Below are positions 1 through 8,618 of a stretch of 64,000 bases of DNA, one piece after another. Under the pieces are notes generated by a model. The model saw only the letters and a list, made by a program, of their open reading frames with translations, was not told the origin of the DNA and did not search any database. The translations under genes and the position numbers were made by a program. Within the stretch, counting starts at the first letter, position 1, and every line of letters begins with the position of its first letter. The DNA is taken from contig DAMAMW010000009.1 in the NCBI GenBank assembly GCA_032073745.1, forward strand, positions 17,533 through 81,532, in the 5' to 3' direction. This DNA is from Lachnospiraceae bacterium (GTDB lineage Bacteria > Bacillota > Clostridia > Lachnospirales > Lachnospiraceae).

Positions 1-1
1 T

Positions 2-136
2 AAAGTCAAGTACGAAAGCCTGGGTATGGACTATCCGTTAAAAGACACCAGACCCCTTGGCAAGGATGAAGCAATCGCCGCCCGGCAAGTTATTCTTAAA
101 GGAATAAAAGATACACGGTTAGCAAAAGGTAACTGA
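2..136 (+). CDS. 3' end of an unidentified CDS entering from the left window edge
   Basis: Frame is open from nt 2 to TGA at 134-136 (...VILKGIKDTRLAKGN*). No start codon in the window and no motif I recognise. Confidence 0.3.
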   Translation, partial: KVKYESLGMDYPLKDTRPLGKDEAIAARQVILKGIKDTRLAKGN

Positions 137-160
137 CAATTTATCCAAATATTCTATAAT
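133..160 (+). promoter_or_regulatory. candidate sigma-A promoter for the ferredoxin gene
   Basis: cTGACA (133-138), 16-nt spacer, TATAAT (155-160). A second candidate, TTGAAT-17-TAGAAT, lies about 40 nt downstream. Confidence 0.4.
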
Positions 161-246
161 TGTACAACATTTTATACTTGAATAATTTACACAAATAGGA
201 TAGAATAAAAACACAAAACATGTATAGAATATAAGGAGGTAATATC

Positions 247-414
247 ATGGCATATGTAATTAACGATAGTTGTGTATCTTGTGGCGCTTGTGCAGGCGAG
301 TGTCCTGTAGGAGCGATCGCAGAAGGCGACGGCAAATTTGTTATCGACGCTGATACCTGTATCGATTGCGGTAGCTGTGCGGGTACTTGCCCAACAGGTG
401 CAATTGAAGGTTAA
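247..414 (+). CDS. 2x[4Fe-4S] clostridial-type ferredoxin (55 aa)
   Basis: AAGGAGG at 233-239, then ATG at 247. Translation is MAYVINDSCVSCGACAGECPVGAIAEGDGKFVIDADTCIDCGSCAGTCPTGAIEG*, with two CxxCxxCxxxCP motifs. It is absent from the ORF track because it is under 60 aa. Confidence 0.92.
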   Translation: MAYVINDSCVSCGACAGECPVGAIAEGDGKFVIDADTCIDCGSCAGTCPTGAIEG

Positions 415-428
415 TACTTAGACGAGAC

Positions 429-460
429 GCCTCTTCCCTGACGGGAAGGGGCTTTTTCTT
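429..460 (+). terminator. rho-independent terminator after ferredoxin
   Basis: GC-rich stem gcctcttccc/gggaaggggc with a tgac loop, followed by TTTTTCTT. Confidence 0.75.
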
Positions 461-522
461 GCTTTGAGTGCTGAGCAGGTGTTTCCTTTCCATTATTCTA
501 ACTAACCAGGAGGACATCATCC

Positions 523-1245
523 ATGAACAACCGAAAACCCATCATCGCCCTTACCCCTTATTACAATAAAGAAGAAGAAACATACATGAGACCCGGCTAC
601 CTGAAAGCAATCCGGGCCGCAGGAGGAATCCCGGTCACTCTCCCCCTTGAATTGTCAGAAGACGATCTGACCGAGATTGTCGACACCTTTGATGGTTTTA
701 TATTTACAGGCGGGCCGGATGTCCACCCCTTCTATTTCGGCGAAGAAACACATGCCCGCAGCGGCAATATCTGCTTAAAACGGGATATCATGGAACTGGC
801 ATTACTGCCGCTGGTTATGGAACGGCAAAAACCGGTGCTCGGCATCTGTCGCGGCATACAGGTTCTTAACATCGCCCTTGGCGGCGATATTTATCAGGAT
901 CTTCCCAGCCAGTTTCATGAAGATTTCCCGATTGCCCATTCACAGCCGTTTGCTTATGACATTCCATCGCATAAGGTAACCGTTACTCCGGGCAGTCTGT
1001 TGTCTGAGATTGCCGGCGGACTTACAGAAATAAATGTAAACAGTATGCATCATCAGGCAGTACGCACTCCGGCTCCCGGTCTTATTGTGTCCGGGACGGC
1101 TGCAGGGCAGTTGATTGAAGCCCTTGAGAAACCTGATTATTCGTTTTTCCTTGGCGTTCAATGGCACCCGGAATACTTGTGGGAGCAGGATGCGGCTGCA
1201 GCAAAGCTCTTTTCTGCCTTTGTAAGCACCGCCGGAAACATATAA
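523..1245 (+). CDS. class I glutamine amidotransferase / peptidase C26 (gamma-glutamyl-GABA hydrolase-like)
   Basis: AGGAGG lies 9 nt upstream of the ATG. Nucleophile elbow GICRGIQVLN, plus HHQAV and GVQWHPE motifs. Confidence 0.8.
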   Translation: MNNRKPIIALTPYYNKEEETYMRPGYLKAIRAAGGIPVTLPLELSEDDLTEIVDTFDGFIFTGGPDVHPFYFGEETHARSGNICLKRDIMELALLPLVMERQKPVLGICRGIQVLNIALGGDIYQDLPSQFHEDFPIAHSQPFAYDIPSHKVTVTPGSLLSEIAGGLTEINVNSMHHQAVRTPAPGLIVSGTAAGQLIEALEKPDYSFFLGVQWHPEYLWEQDAAAAKLFSAFVSTAGNI

Positions 1246-1248
1246 AGA

Positions 1249-1293
1249 ACTGCCCGCCAGTGCCATGGTAATATCCCATGACTGGCGGGCAGT
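1249..1293. terminator. bidirectional terminator hairpin between convergent genes
   Basis: 13-bp perfect stem actgcccgccagt (1249-1261) / actggcgggcagt (1281-1293). Confidence 0.65.
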
Positions 1294-1303
1294 GTTTATG
1301 TAA

Positions 1304-1966
1304 TTATTTCTTTTTATTCTCTTTTTTCATTTTTCTTCTCTTAAAGAATGGAATCTTTGTCGCTGCTGCCTCTGCTCTCCCCTTACCTTCTTTCTGATAT
1401 GCACGAAGGGTTTCATCGAGCAGTTTAAACCGCTCCTCTTCTTTTTCATCGCTGACCCGTATCATATATTCAAATTCCTGTGACATGCGGTCACTTACCT
1501 GGCGGCTGATATCTTCACTTAGCTGCTGGTTGTTCTCCTGAATGGCCTGTCCGATTATCTGGTTCATGATCTGCTGAAATTGTTCCATCTTGTCCTGGGC
1601 CACGACAGCATTATCCTTTTTCTGGACAATCCGAAGCTCTGTCTCTCCCTCTTCATCATCCGGGCAGGTTCCCTCCATTAATGTATTTACTGCATCCTGT
1701 TCGAGCATCTCATCGGGATTCACATCCCCACCCCCTTCTATCATTTTCTTTAAGACCTGTTCTATCGCTTTCAGCTGATAACCCTTTTCCTTTAACTCTT
1801 TTATCTTTTGGAATAGCCGGATATGTAATTCGGTATAGTACCGATGGCTTTTTCCGTTTCTGGGTATATTTAGCTGCAGTTCATCTTCCCAATACCTCAG
1901 AACATGAGACTCCACTCCTACCATTTTTCCAGCTTCAGATATGGAATATTGTGTCTTGTCCATCAT
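1304..1966 (-). CDS. MerR family transcriptional regulator with coiled-coil/acidic C-terminal half
   Basis: N-terminal MerR HTH (YSISEAGKMVGVESHVLRYWEDE...HRYYT). AAGGAGAG RBS. Lys-rich tail. Confidence 0.75.
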   Translation of the reverse strand: MMDKTQYSISEAGKMVGVESHVLRYWEDELQLNIPRNGKSHRYYTELHIRLFQKIKELKEKGYQLKAIEQVLKKMIEGGGDVNPDEMLEQDAVNTLMEGTCPDDEEGETELRIVQKKDNAVVAQDKMEQFQQIMNQIIGQAIQENNQQLSEDISRQVSDRMSQEFEYMIRVSDEKEEERFKLLDETLRAYQKEGKGRAEAAATKIPFFKRRKMKKENKKK

Positions 1967-2295
1967 TTTCTCTCCTTAAGTTCTCATTATTTCACCACTT
2001 ACTTATAGTTTATGTGAGTGGGTTAAGAATTATGATTAACTTCTAAAAAAAATATTTCGATGAATTACAGCCCTCATATGGCACAGTTTAGATCGAGACT
2101 CAGGGGTAAGCTATTTGCTGCATTGTTTATTAAAAATATACAAACCTACAACTTTCGAACGCCATTCTTTGATAATTATTTAACATATTTTAATATCTTA
2201 ATATTCACTTTTATATGCGCAATGATCAGTCATATTATTGTTTCATCTCATTTAAATGTAATTTTAATCATTTCAAATTATATTGTCTGAATATA

Positions 2296-2324
2296 TTGAC
2301 AAAGTTATCAGATAATGGTATGAT
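2296..2324 (+). promoter_or_regulatory. candidate sigma-A promoter of the ABC/PspA/OmpA operon
   Basis: TTGACA (2296-2301), 17 nt, TATGAT (2319-2324), in an AT-rich intergenic region. Confidence 0.5.
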
Positions 2325-2422
2325 AAATACATAAAACAAAGTTAAAAAAGAATATAAACACAAGTTATTCTTCAATACCAATACTTTCGTTTGATATTGA
2401 AGTTTATTTTTCACAACAGATC

Positions 2423-2436
2423 GTTAATTAATTAAC
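2423..2436. promoter_or_regulatory. perfect 14-bp palindrome, candidate operator in the operon leader
   Basis: GTTAATTAATTAAC is its own reverse complement. It lies about 50 nt upstream of the permease start codon. Confidence 0.3.
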
Positions 2437-2487
2437 AAGGCGTTTTGTTTATTATAACAATATTCCACTATAGGGGGGAGGGAGTTT

Positions 2488-3243
2488 ATGAAAACAATTT
2501 TAAAAAGAATACTGCTGCTGTTTCTGATTTTTCTGATCTGGATGACAGCCTCACGGTATATAAACCCGCTGTTTATACCGGCACCGCGAAGTGTTTTCAA
2601 GAATCTGATCGCGATGATAAAAAGCGGGATGTTGTTAAAGGCATTGTTGTACTCCTTCTTAAGGATTACAGCAGCCACCTTTGTATCAGCGATAATTGCA
2701 CTGCCTGTCGGATTGTTGGTCTACAATTCAAGGATTGCAAAAGATATCTTAAGCCCGGTTATCAGTATCATGAGATACATACCGGTGACTGCCTTCTATC
2801 CATTGCTGATCATGTGGTTTGGAATCGATGAATTAATGAAAATTGTCTTCCTGTTCATTGCCACATTCGTCTATATGATGCCTTCTGTTATCCTTTGTCT
2901 CGAGGAAGTAAACCCTGATTTAATTGATACTGGTCTGACCATCGGTATGAGCAGACTGCAAACTGTTACGCGGATCCAGATCCCGGCTTCTTTACCGGGT
3001 ATCATGAATAGCTTTATCATGATGTTCGGAATCGGCTGGACCTACATTGCAGTTGCCGAAACGATAAATGCCAGATTCGGTCTGGGATATATTATTCAGC
3101 AGTCTTCAGCCAGAGGACGTACTGATCTGGTGTTCATGTCCATTATCGTAATTATGATGGTAAGCGTGCTGTTTGACACGCTTGCAAAACGAATTGTCCG
3201 CAAAGTTTTTCGATGGAGGTACGTAAATGATTCAATTGATTGA
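2488..3243 (+). CDS. ABC transporter permease (NitT/TauT-like, BPD_transp_1 type)
   Basis: GGAGGGAG RBS. About 6 hydrophobic helices and a conserved cytoplasmic loop region (...GMSRLQTVTRIQIPASLPGI...). Confidence 0.8.
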   Translation: MKTILKRILLLFLIFLIWMTASRYINPLFIPAPRSVFKNLIAMIKSGMLLKALLYSFLRITAATFVSAIIALPVGLLVYNSRIAKDILSPVISIMRYIPVTAFYPLLIMWFGIDELMKIVFLFIATFVYMMPSVILCLEEVNPDLIDTGLTIGMSRLQTVTRIQIPASLPGIMNSFIMMFGIGWTYIAVAETINARFGLGYIIQQSSARGRTDLVFMSIIVIMMVSVLFDTLAKRIVRKVFRWRYVNDSID

Positions 3244-3838
3244 TTTACATACAGGATATACAAAAAATAAACCACTGCTGGAACATTACAGCTGTGACTT
3301 TGATAAAAAGATTTACGGGATACTGGGAGAATCAGGCTGCGGCAAGACCACACTGCTTCGTACCATTGCCGGCCTGATGAAGCCGCTGGCCGGACAGATC
3401 CTGGTTGATGGTCAGCTGGTTACAAAAGCCAGTGTTAATGACATCTATATGATGCATCAGAATTATACCTCTTTTGACTGGATGAACTGTCTGGACAATG
3501 TACTGATTACAAAAAAGATTAAAGGCAGAATAAACGATCAGGACCGTGCGGATGCAAAGCTTATGCTTGAGCTGGTCGGCCTTGACAGTGAACAGTCGAA
3601 ATTCCCCCGGCAGTTGTCCGGCGGACAGAGACAGCGGCTGGCACTGGCCAGAACCCTGTTTATGAATCCTGATATCATCCTGATGGATGAGCCGTTATCA
3701 GCTCTGGATGCCAAAACCCGCTCAGAAATGCAGGATCTGATCATTGCAAAGCACAAAGAAACCAAAAACACAATTATTATGGTAACGCACAGCCGTGCGG
3801 AGGCAGAAAAAATGTGTGACATTATTTTACAACTGTAA
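3227..3838 (+). CDS. ABC transporter ATP-binding protein (short, 203 aa)
   Basis: Walker A GESGCGKTT, signature LSGGQRQR, Walker B IILMDEP. The start overlaps the permease stop by 17 nt. Confidence 0.88.
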   Translation: MIQLIDLHTGYTKNKPLLEHYSCDFDKKIYGILGESGCGKTTLLRTIAGLMKPLAGQILVDGQLVTKASVNDIYMMHQNYTSFDWMNCLDNVLITKKIKGRINDQDRADAKLMLELVGLDSEQSKFPRQLSGGQRQRLALARTLFMNPDIILMDEPLSALDAKTRSEMQDLIIAKHKETKNTIIMVTHSRAEAEKMCDIILQL

Positions 3839-3852
3839 AGGAGAGAATGAGT

Positions 3853-4398
3853 ATGAAACTACTGAAAAATCTAAAAGGTGTCTTAATCGAAGAAATTGTC
3901 CGTGAAGATATTTATCCTCATGACGAACTGCCTGATATAGGAGATCCGGACACACCAGAGACAGAAGTCCGTTCCGGGGCTGTCAATACCAGCCGCCTTA
4001 TTGATGATATCTATGACCAGAACAATCTGGTTGATAAGTCCCGGTCTATCTTTAAGGTCGATGAGCTGATCGGCACACTGCCAAGAGAAATGGTCACGGA
4101 GACAAAACGAAACACCGTCTTAATGATACTTGAAAGCTTCGGCTTGAAAACACCGCTGCTGATCGATGATGCGACCGACCGGATACGGGTTCTGGAAGTG
4201 ATAAAGTCCAAGATCATATCCGAAGGTTCACAGATGATATCAGAAAAACAGACAGATATTGAGAATCACAAAAGGAGTATTGCGCTGCTTGAGAAACAGA
4301 TATCCGAGCACAAAAGGTGGGTAATGGATTCTGAGGATATCATCAGCAGCGAAATGGCCACGATAACACAACTAATGAACTTTTTGGAAGGAGAATAA
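3853..4398 (+). CDS. hypothetical soluble protein with an acidic N-terminal half and a coiled-coil C-terminal half
   Basis: GGAG at 3840-3843 is 9 nt from ATG 3853 but only 3 nt from the ORF-track ATG at 3847. No TM segment and no family recognised. Confidence 0.5.
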   Translation: MKLLKNLKGVLIEEIVREDIYPHDELPDIGDPDTPETEVRSGAVNTSRLIDDIYDQNNLVDKSRSIFKVDELIGTLPREMVTETKRNTVLMILESFGLKTPLLIDDATDRIRVLEVIKSKIISEGSQMISEKQTDIENHKRSIALLEKQISEHKRWVMDSEDIISSEMATITQLMNFLEGE

Positions 4399-4401
4399 AC
4401 C

Positions 4402-5139
4402 ATGACCTTAACAAATCTAATTATAATCATCAGTATCGCTTTAGTTATCCTGATCATGATCTTATTTCCGGAAGCAAGGGTTTTATTTAAGGGCCTGTTC
4501 CGTGTATTCATCAAAGATATGGCAACTACGCCGGAAGGTGCGCAGGCCATATACGCCGAAAAGATTGATCAGGCACAGGATTCATATAATAAAGCAGACA
4601 ATGCACTGAGAGTCGCAGCCGGCAAGCTTGGCCGGGCAAAGCGTAAAAGTGAAGAGCTGAAAAATCAACTGATCAAAGTCGAGGCCGAATGTGAGGCACT
4701 CGTCAAATCCGGAAAGATGGATATGGCCCTGCTTAAATCAGAAGAACGTGAAGATATCCTATCCGACATCAACCGGTATGCAGAACTGATTAAAGCCTAC
4801 CAGACCGCAGAAGTCACCGCCAGAGAAGCTCAGGAATTGTGCGAAAGAAACCTCCGCAAGCTCAAACGCGAAAGCAAGGAGATCGTGGAAAACATGAAGG
4901 TCAAGAAACAACTTAAAAAGGTTTATGATGATATGGATGAATTGAAAAATGTAACTGCCGCTGATAAATTACTGGATTCCGTAAGGGACAAAAACATTGA
5001 ACTGGACGAAGTAGTCGAAGGTTCCAAAGCAGTTCACGACAACCGCATATCCACCCGCCTGCAAAAGGCTAATGCCGAAGCAAAGAAAATCCACAGCAAC
5101 GATTACCTGGAGGGATTAAAGAAAAAATATAACAAGTAA
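4402..5139 (+). CDS. membrane-anchored PspA/IM30-like coiled-coil protein
   Basis: AAGGAG RBS. One N-terminal TM helix (LTNLIIIISIALVILIMILF), then about 200 aa of heptad-rich helix resembling PspA (…AECEALVKSGKMDMALLKSEERED…). Confidence 0.55.
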   Translation: MTLTNLIIIISIALVILIMILFPEARVLFKGLFRVFIKDMATTPEGAQAIYAEKIDQAQDSYNKADNALRVAAGKLGRAKRKSEELKNQLIKVEAECEALVKSGKMDMALLKSEEREDILSDINRYAELIKAYQTAEVTAREAQELCERNLRKLKRESKEIVENMKVKKQLKKVYDDMDELKNVTAADKLLDSVRDKNIELDEVVEGSKAVHDNRISTRLQKANAEAKKIHSNDYLEGLKKKYNK

Positions 5140-5185
5140 CAACCAAAACCGATACCATTAACTTCATTTACATAAGGAGGAACTT

Positions 5186-6766
5186 ATGAGAACACGCAGA
5201 TTTCGTTTAACCAGGACAGCAAAGATCTTATTGGTCGTATTTATTATCGCAGTCATCGGCGGCGGTGTATTCCAGGGAGTAAGGACCGGCTTCGTAACAA
5301 CAGGGGAAGAAACCAAAGTCGCAGCCAACAAAACTCCGGAAACAACAGCAGCCCAAAAACCAGCTGCCAATACCGATGCAGCCATCAACCTCTCCCTGGA
5401 TGAATGGGTCGGATGGAAATCCGTCATTGATGCCAATGGCGGCCTGACCACCCAACCCGGTTCCATCTATGACAAACTCGGCATCAAAGTGAACATCAGT
5501 ATTATCAACGACGCCACTCAGTCCAGCAACGCCCTGATCAAAGGCAACTTAAATGCTGCCGGTTACACCATCAACCGCGTTGCCTTCCTGTCAGGCAAGT
5601 TCGAAGAATCCGGCGTAGACGTAATCATGCCGTACATTACCAACTACTCGAACGGCGGTGACGGAATCATCGCTACCGATACCTATCAGACCGTAGAATC
5701 TCTGGTCGATGCCAGAATCGGTGTCCCCCAGTTCTCTGAAGCACACTCTCTGGTAGTCTGGTTCGTCAACCAGTCCGACCTGCCGCAAACCGAAAAACAG
5801 AACATCATCGACAACCTCATCTTCTTTGAGACACCCGATGAAGCTGCCAAAGCATTCTTCGCCGGTCAGATTGATGTAGCCGCCACCTGGCAGCCCTACC
5901 TGACTCAGGCTCAGAATCTATCGAACTGCCACGTATTATTCAGTACCGCAAGCTCCACCCGTCTGATCCTTGACGGTATCCTGATCCGCAGCGATTTTGC
6001 CACCGAACATCCCGAAGTAGTAACCAGCTTCATCGACGGTGCCCTGCAGGCCATGGACCTGTATGATACTGAATTCGAAGCAGTCCGCGGCGTTATGCCG
6101 ATGTTCTCCGGAATGAGTGACGAAGACATCAGGGAAATGACATTAGACGCAGCACTGGCGGGATGGAAAAACAACATCGACACCCTGCAGACCGAAGCCC
6201 CGGCAATCTTCTACGACATGTGTGAAGTATGGGCCTCTGTTGGTGAACATGTAAACCCAGATTTCGGCACCACCCTTTTTGACACCACCTACATGAACAT
6301 GCTGGCCGACACCTACGAGTACGCTGCCGAACCTGACACCGGCATCATCAACACCGTAGCCGTAACCGAAGAAAATGCTGCTCAGGTCCTGGACACCACA
6401 GCGCTGCTGACCAAGTCCTCGACCGTAAACTTCATCATCAACACCGCAAAGTTCACCGATACTGCTGAAGCCGCCGGAACCCTTGACGATTTCATCAAAG
6501 TAGCCAAGCTATTAGACGGAACCATCATCCAGATCGAAGGCAACACCGATCCCAACCCGAACACAGACCCATCTGATCAGGCCAACCTCATGCTCTCCAA
6601 GCAAAGAGCCGAAGCAGTAAAACAGTACTTCATCATGAACGGCATCAGCGCCGACCGCATCATCACCGTCGGCAACGGCTCCGCCAAACCTGTCGTAGCC
6701 AACGACACCGAAGCCAACCGTGCATTAAATCGCCGTACTGACGTTTACTTTAAAATAATTGAATAA
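5186..6766 (+). CDS. membrane-anchored ABC substrate-binding domain fused to a C-terminal OmpA/MotB-type peptidoglycan-binding domain
   Basis: AAGGAGG RBS. N-terminal TM anchor, an NMT1/SsuA-like binding region, and a C-terminal OmpA-like signature (NTDPSDQANLMLSKQRAEAVKQYF...NRALNRRTDVYF). Confidence 0.75.
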   Translation: MRTRRFRLTRTAKILLVVFIIAVIGGGVFQGVRTGFVTTGEETKVAANKTPETTAAQKPAANTDAAINLSLDEWVGWKSVIDANGGLTTQPGSIYDKLGIKVNISIINDATQSSNALIKGNLNAAGYTINRVAFLSGKFEESGVDVIMPYITNYSNGGDGIIATDTYQTVESLVDARIGVPQFSEAHSLVVWFVNQSDLPQTEKQNIIDNLIFFETPDEAAKAFFAGQIDVAATWQPYLTQAQNLSNCHVLFSTASSTRLILDGILIRSDFATEHPEVVTSFIDGALQAMDLYDTEFEAVRGVMPMFSGMSDEDIREMTLDAALAGWKNNIDTLQTEAPAIFYDMCEVWASVGEHVNPDFGTTLFDTTYMNMLADTYEYAAEPDTGIINTVAVTEENAAQVLDTTALLTKSSTVNFIINTAKFTDTAEAAGTLDDFIKVAKLLDGTIIQIEGNTDPNPNTDPSDQANLMLSKQRAEAVKQYFIMNGISADRIITVGNGSAKPVVANDTEANRALNRRTDVYFKIIE

Positions 6767-6775
6767 AGCTTCTGC

Positions 6776-6808
6776 AAAAGCCGTGACAATTTTAACGTCA
6801 CGGCTTTT
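6776..6808. terminator. terminator hairpin after the SBP-OmpA gene
   Basis: 12-bp stem aaaagccgtgac / gtcacggctttt with a 9-nt loop. Confidence 0.6.
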
Positions 6809-6921
6809 GACTGCAAATTTGATACATCTGTCCATTCATTTCTCCCCTCCGTTCAACTACTTCAAATCACAAGCACATTCACGCCCCTCTGCTTTTTACC
6901 AGGCGAGGATGCATGTTTGCA

Positions 6922-7233
6922 GATGGCGGAAAGTGAGCGTGGTCCGGACGGCTGCGGCACCGGGGGCCCGGGGACTCCAACGGTCTTGAATCCATGGCAT
7001 TTGGAAGGACGTTAGAGAATCTTATTGATCAAAGCAATGTGTTATACCCACACGCAGCGTCTGTTTGAGCGGCCGTTTTTGCCGCGAGTTAAGCGCAGTG
7101 TGGGTATGTTTTTAACATTTCTTTGATCAATTAGATTCTCTTACGTTCTGGAAACAGCCATGGATTCAAGACCGTTGGAGTCCCCGGGCCCCCGGTGCCG
7201 CAGCCGTCCGGACCACGCTCACTTTCCGCCATC
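6922..7233. repeat. 312-bp palindrome: perfect 76-bp inverted arms flanking a 160-bp imperfectly palindromic core
   Basis: The reverse complement of 7158-7233 is identical to 6922-6997 at 76/76 positions, checked base by base. The inner halves (6998-7077 and 7078-7157) still pair roughly 80% by eye. The arms are GC-rich. Confidence 0.9.
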
Positions 7234-7256
7234 CGCGACCATACACCCGAGCCCCC

Positions 7257-8609
7257 TTACTCATATTGCTGCGTCCCGCCGCGTTCCAAATTCAGGAACT
7301 TAGTCAGTTCAGGCTGCCACAACAAGCTTACAGTACCAATCGGACCATTACGCTGCTTGGCGATAATTACCTCAGCAATATTGGGTGTCTCAGTGTCTTT
7401 ATTATAGTAGTCATCTCGATAAATAAACATAACAACGTCGGCATCCTGCTCGATCGCTCCGGACTCACGGAGATCCGAAAGCATCGGCCGATGGTCGGGA
7501 CGGGTCTCGCAGGCACGGCTCAGCTGCGACAGGGCAATAACCGGCGCACTCATCTCACGGGCCAGAGCCTTTAGGGAACGGGAGATATCGGAGATTTCCT
7601 GCTGACGGTTCTCGCCGCTCTTGCCGCTTCCGGACATCAGCTGCAGGTAATCGATGATAACCATACTGAGTCCGTATTCCAGTTTCATCTTACGGCATTT
7701 GGAACGCAGTTCCATAATCGAGATACCCGGGGTATCATCAATAATAAGCTTGGAGTTACCGATCGTACCGACACCTTCAACAACGGCATCCCAGTCGGCA
7801 TCGGACAGATTACCGGTTCGAAGCTTTTGGGAGTCAACATTGGATTCCATTGCAAGCATACGGTTGACCAGCTGCTCCTTTGACATCTCCAGACTGAAAA
7901 CCATACATGGCAGATTTTGCTTTACTGCTACGTGATCAACCAGATTCAAAACGAAAGCGGTCTTTCCCATGGAAGGACGGGCCGCAATCAGAACAAAATC
8001 CGAAGGCTGCATGCCGGATGTCTTATAGTCCAGATCGATAAATCCGGTCGGGATACCGGTTACGGTTCCCTGATTCTTGGATGCACTCTCGATCTTATCC
8101 AGTACATTTAATGCAACCTGACGGATCGGGACAAAATCACCTGAACTACGGCTTTGCAGCAGTTCGAAAACGGTCTTCTCCGTATGCGCCAGGATTGCTT
8201 CCAGCGGTTCTTTTCCTGCATAACAGGTATTAGCTATTTCTTCATTTACTTTAATCAGTTTTCTTAAGACTGCTTTCTCATGTACAATTGTGGCATATGA
8301 TTTGACGTTTGCCGATGTCGGAACGGTGGTAATGATGTCACGGACTACCTCCAGACTGCTGACTTCCGGCGGTACATCCTTTTCCTTCAGACGATCCTGT
8401 AAGGTAACCAGATCAACCGGTTTCCCTTCATTATACAGTTCCACCATACATTCAAACATGATGCCGTATTGACTCTGGTAAAAATCAGATGCAATAACAA
8501 TCTCGGAAGCTGAAATAATCGCTTCGCGGTCCATCAGCATCGAGCCGATTACTGACTGCTCCGCTTCTGCACTATGAGGAAGCACCCGTTTCATCAGAGC
8601 TTCGTCCAT
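7257..8609 (-). CDS. dnaB: replicative DNA helicase
   Basis: 450 aa. N-terminal LPHSAEAEQSVIGSML, Walker A ARPSMGKTAF, and the DnaB C-terminal RecA-like domain. It follows rplI as in other Firmicutes. Confidence 0.95.
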   Translation of the reverse strand: MDEALMKRVLPHSAEAEQSVIGSMLMDREAIISASEIVIASDFYQSQYGIMFECMVELYNEGKPVDLVTLQDRLKEKDVPPEVSSLEVVRDIITTVPTSANVKSYATIVHEKAVLRKLIKVNEEIANTCYAGKEPLEAILAHTEKTVFELLQSRSSGDFVPIRQVALNVLDKIESASKNQGTVTGIPTGFIDLDYKTSGMQPSDFVLIAARPSMGKTAFVLNLVDHVAVKQNLPCMVFSLEMSKEQLVNRMLAMESNVDSQKLRTGNLSDADWDAVVEGVGTIGNSKLIIDDTPGISIMELRSKCRKMKLEYGLSMVIIDYLQLMSGSGKSGENRQQEISDISRSLKALAREMSAPVIALSQLSRACETRPDHRPMLSDLRESGAIEQDADVVMFIYRDDYYNKDTETPNIAEVIIAKQRNGPIGTVSLLWQPELTKFLNLERGGTQQYE

Positions 8610-8618
8610 AATATCCCC

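Noticed and set aside
141-335. 64-aa minus-strand ORF
   Set aside because: It is antisense to the well-supported ferredoxin gene and its promoter. It has no RBS and its composition is low-complexity.
2060-2290. 76-aa ORF in the AT-rich intergenic region
   Set aside because: It has no RBS, its composition is AT-driven and rich in Ile, Asn and Phe, and it lies in a promoter-like region.
2369-2410. Possible attenuator hairpin (cttcaata...tattgaag followed by a T-rich tail) in the ABC operon leader
   Set aside because: The stem is an 8-bp AT-rich helix with a 17-nt loop, which is too weak to call in such AT-rich sequence.
6975-6997. tRNA T-arm-like string ggtcttgaatcc inside the palindrome arm
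   Set aside because: No acceptor, D or anticodon stems can be drawn around it. The resemblance is limited to a few bases.
6759-7407. ORFs 6759-6989 and 7195-7407 reading through the palindrome arms
   Set aside because: They are mirror-image artefacts of the 76-bp inverted repeat. They have no RBS, and one of them runs antisense into dnaB.
7257-8609. Possible intein in DnaB
   Set aside because: The protein is 450 aa with a contiguous helicase domain, so there is no extra insertion.
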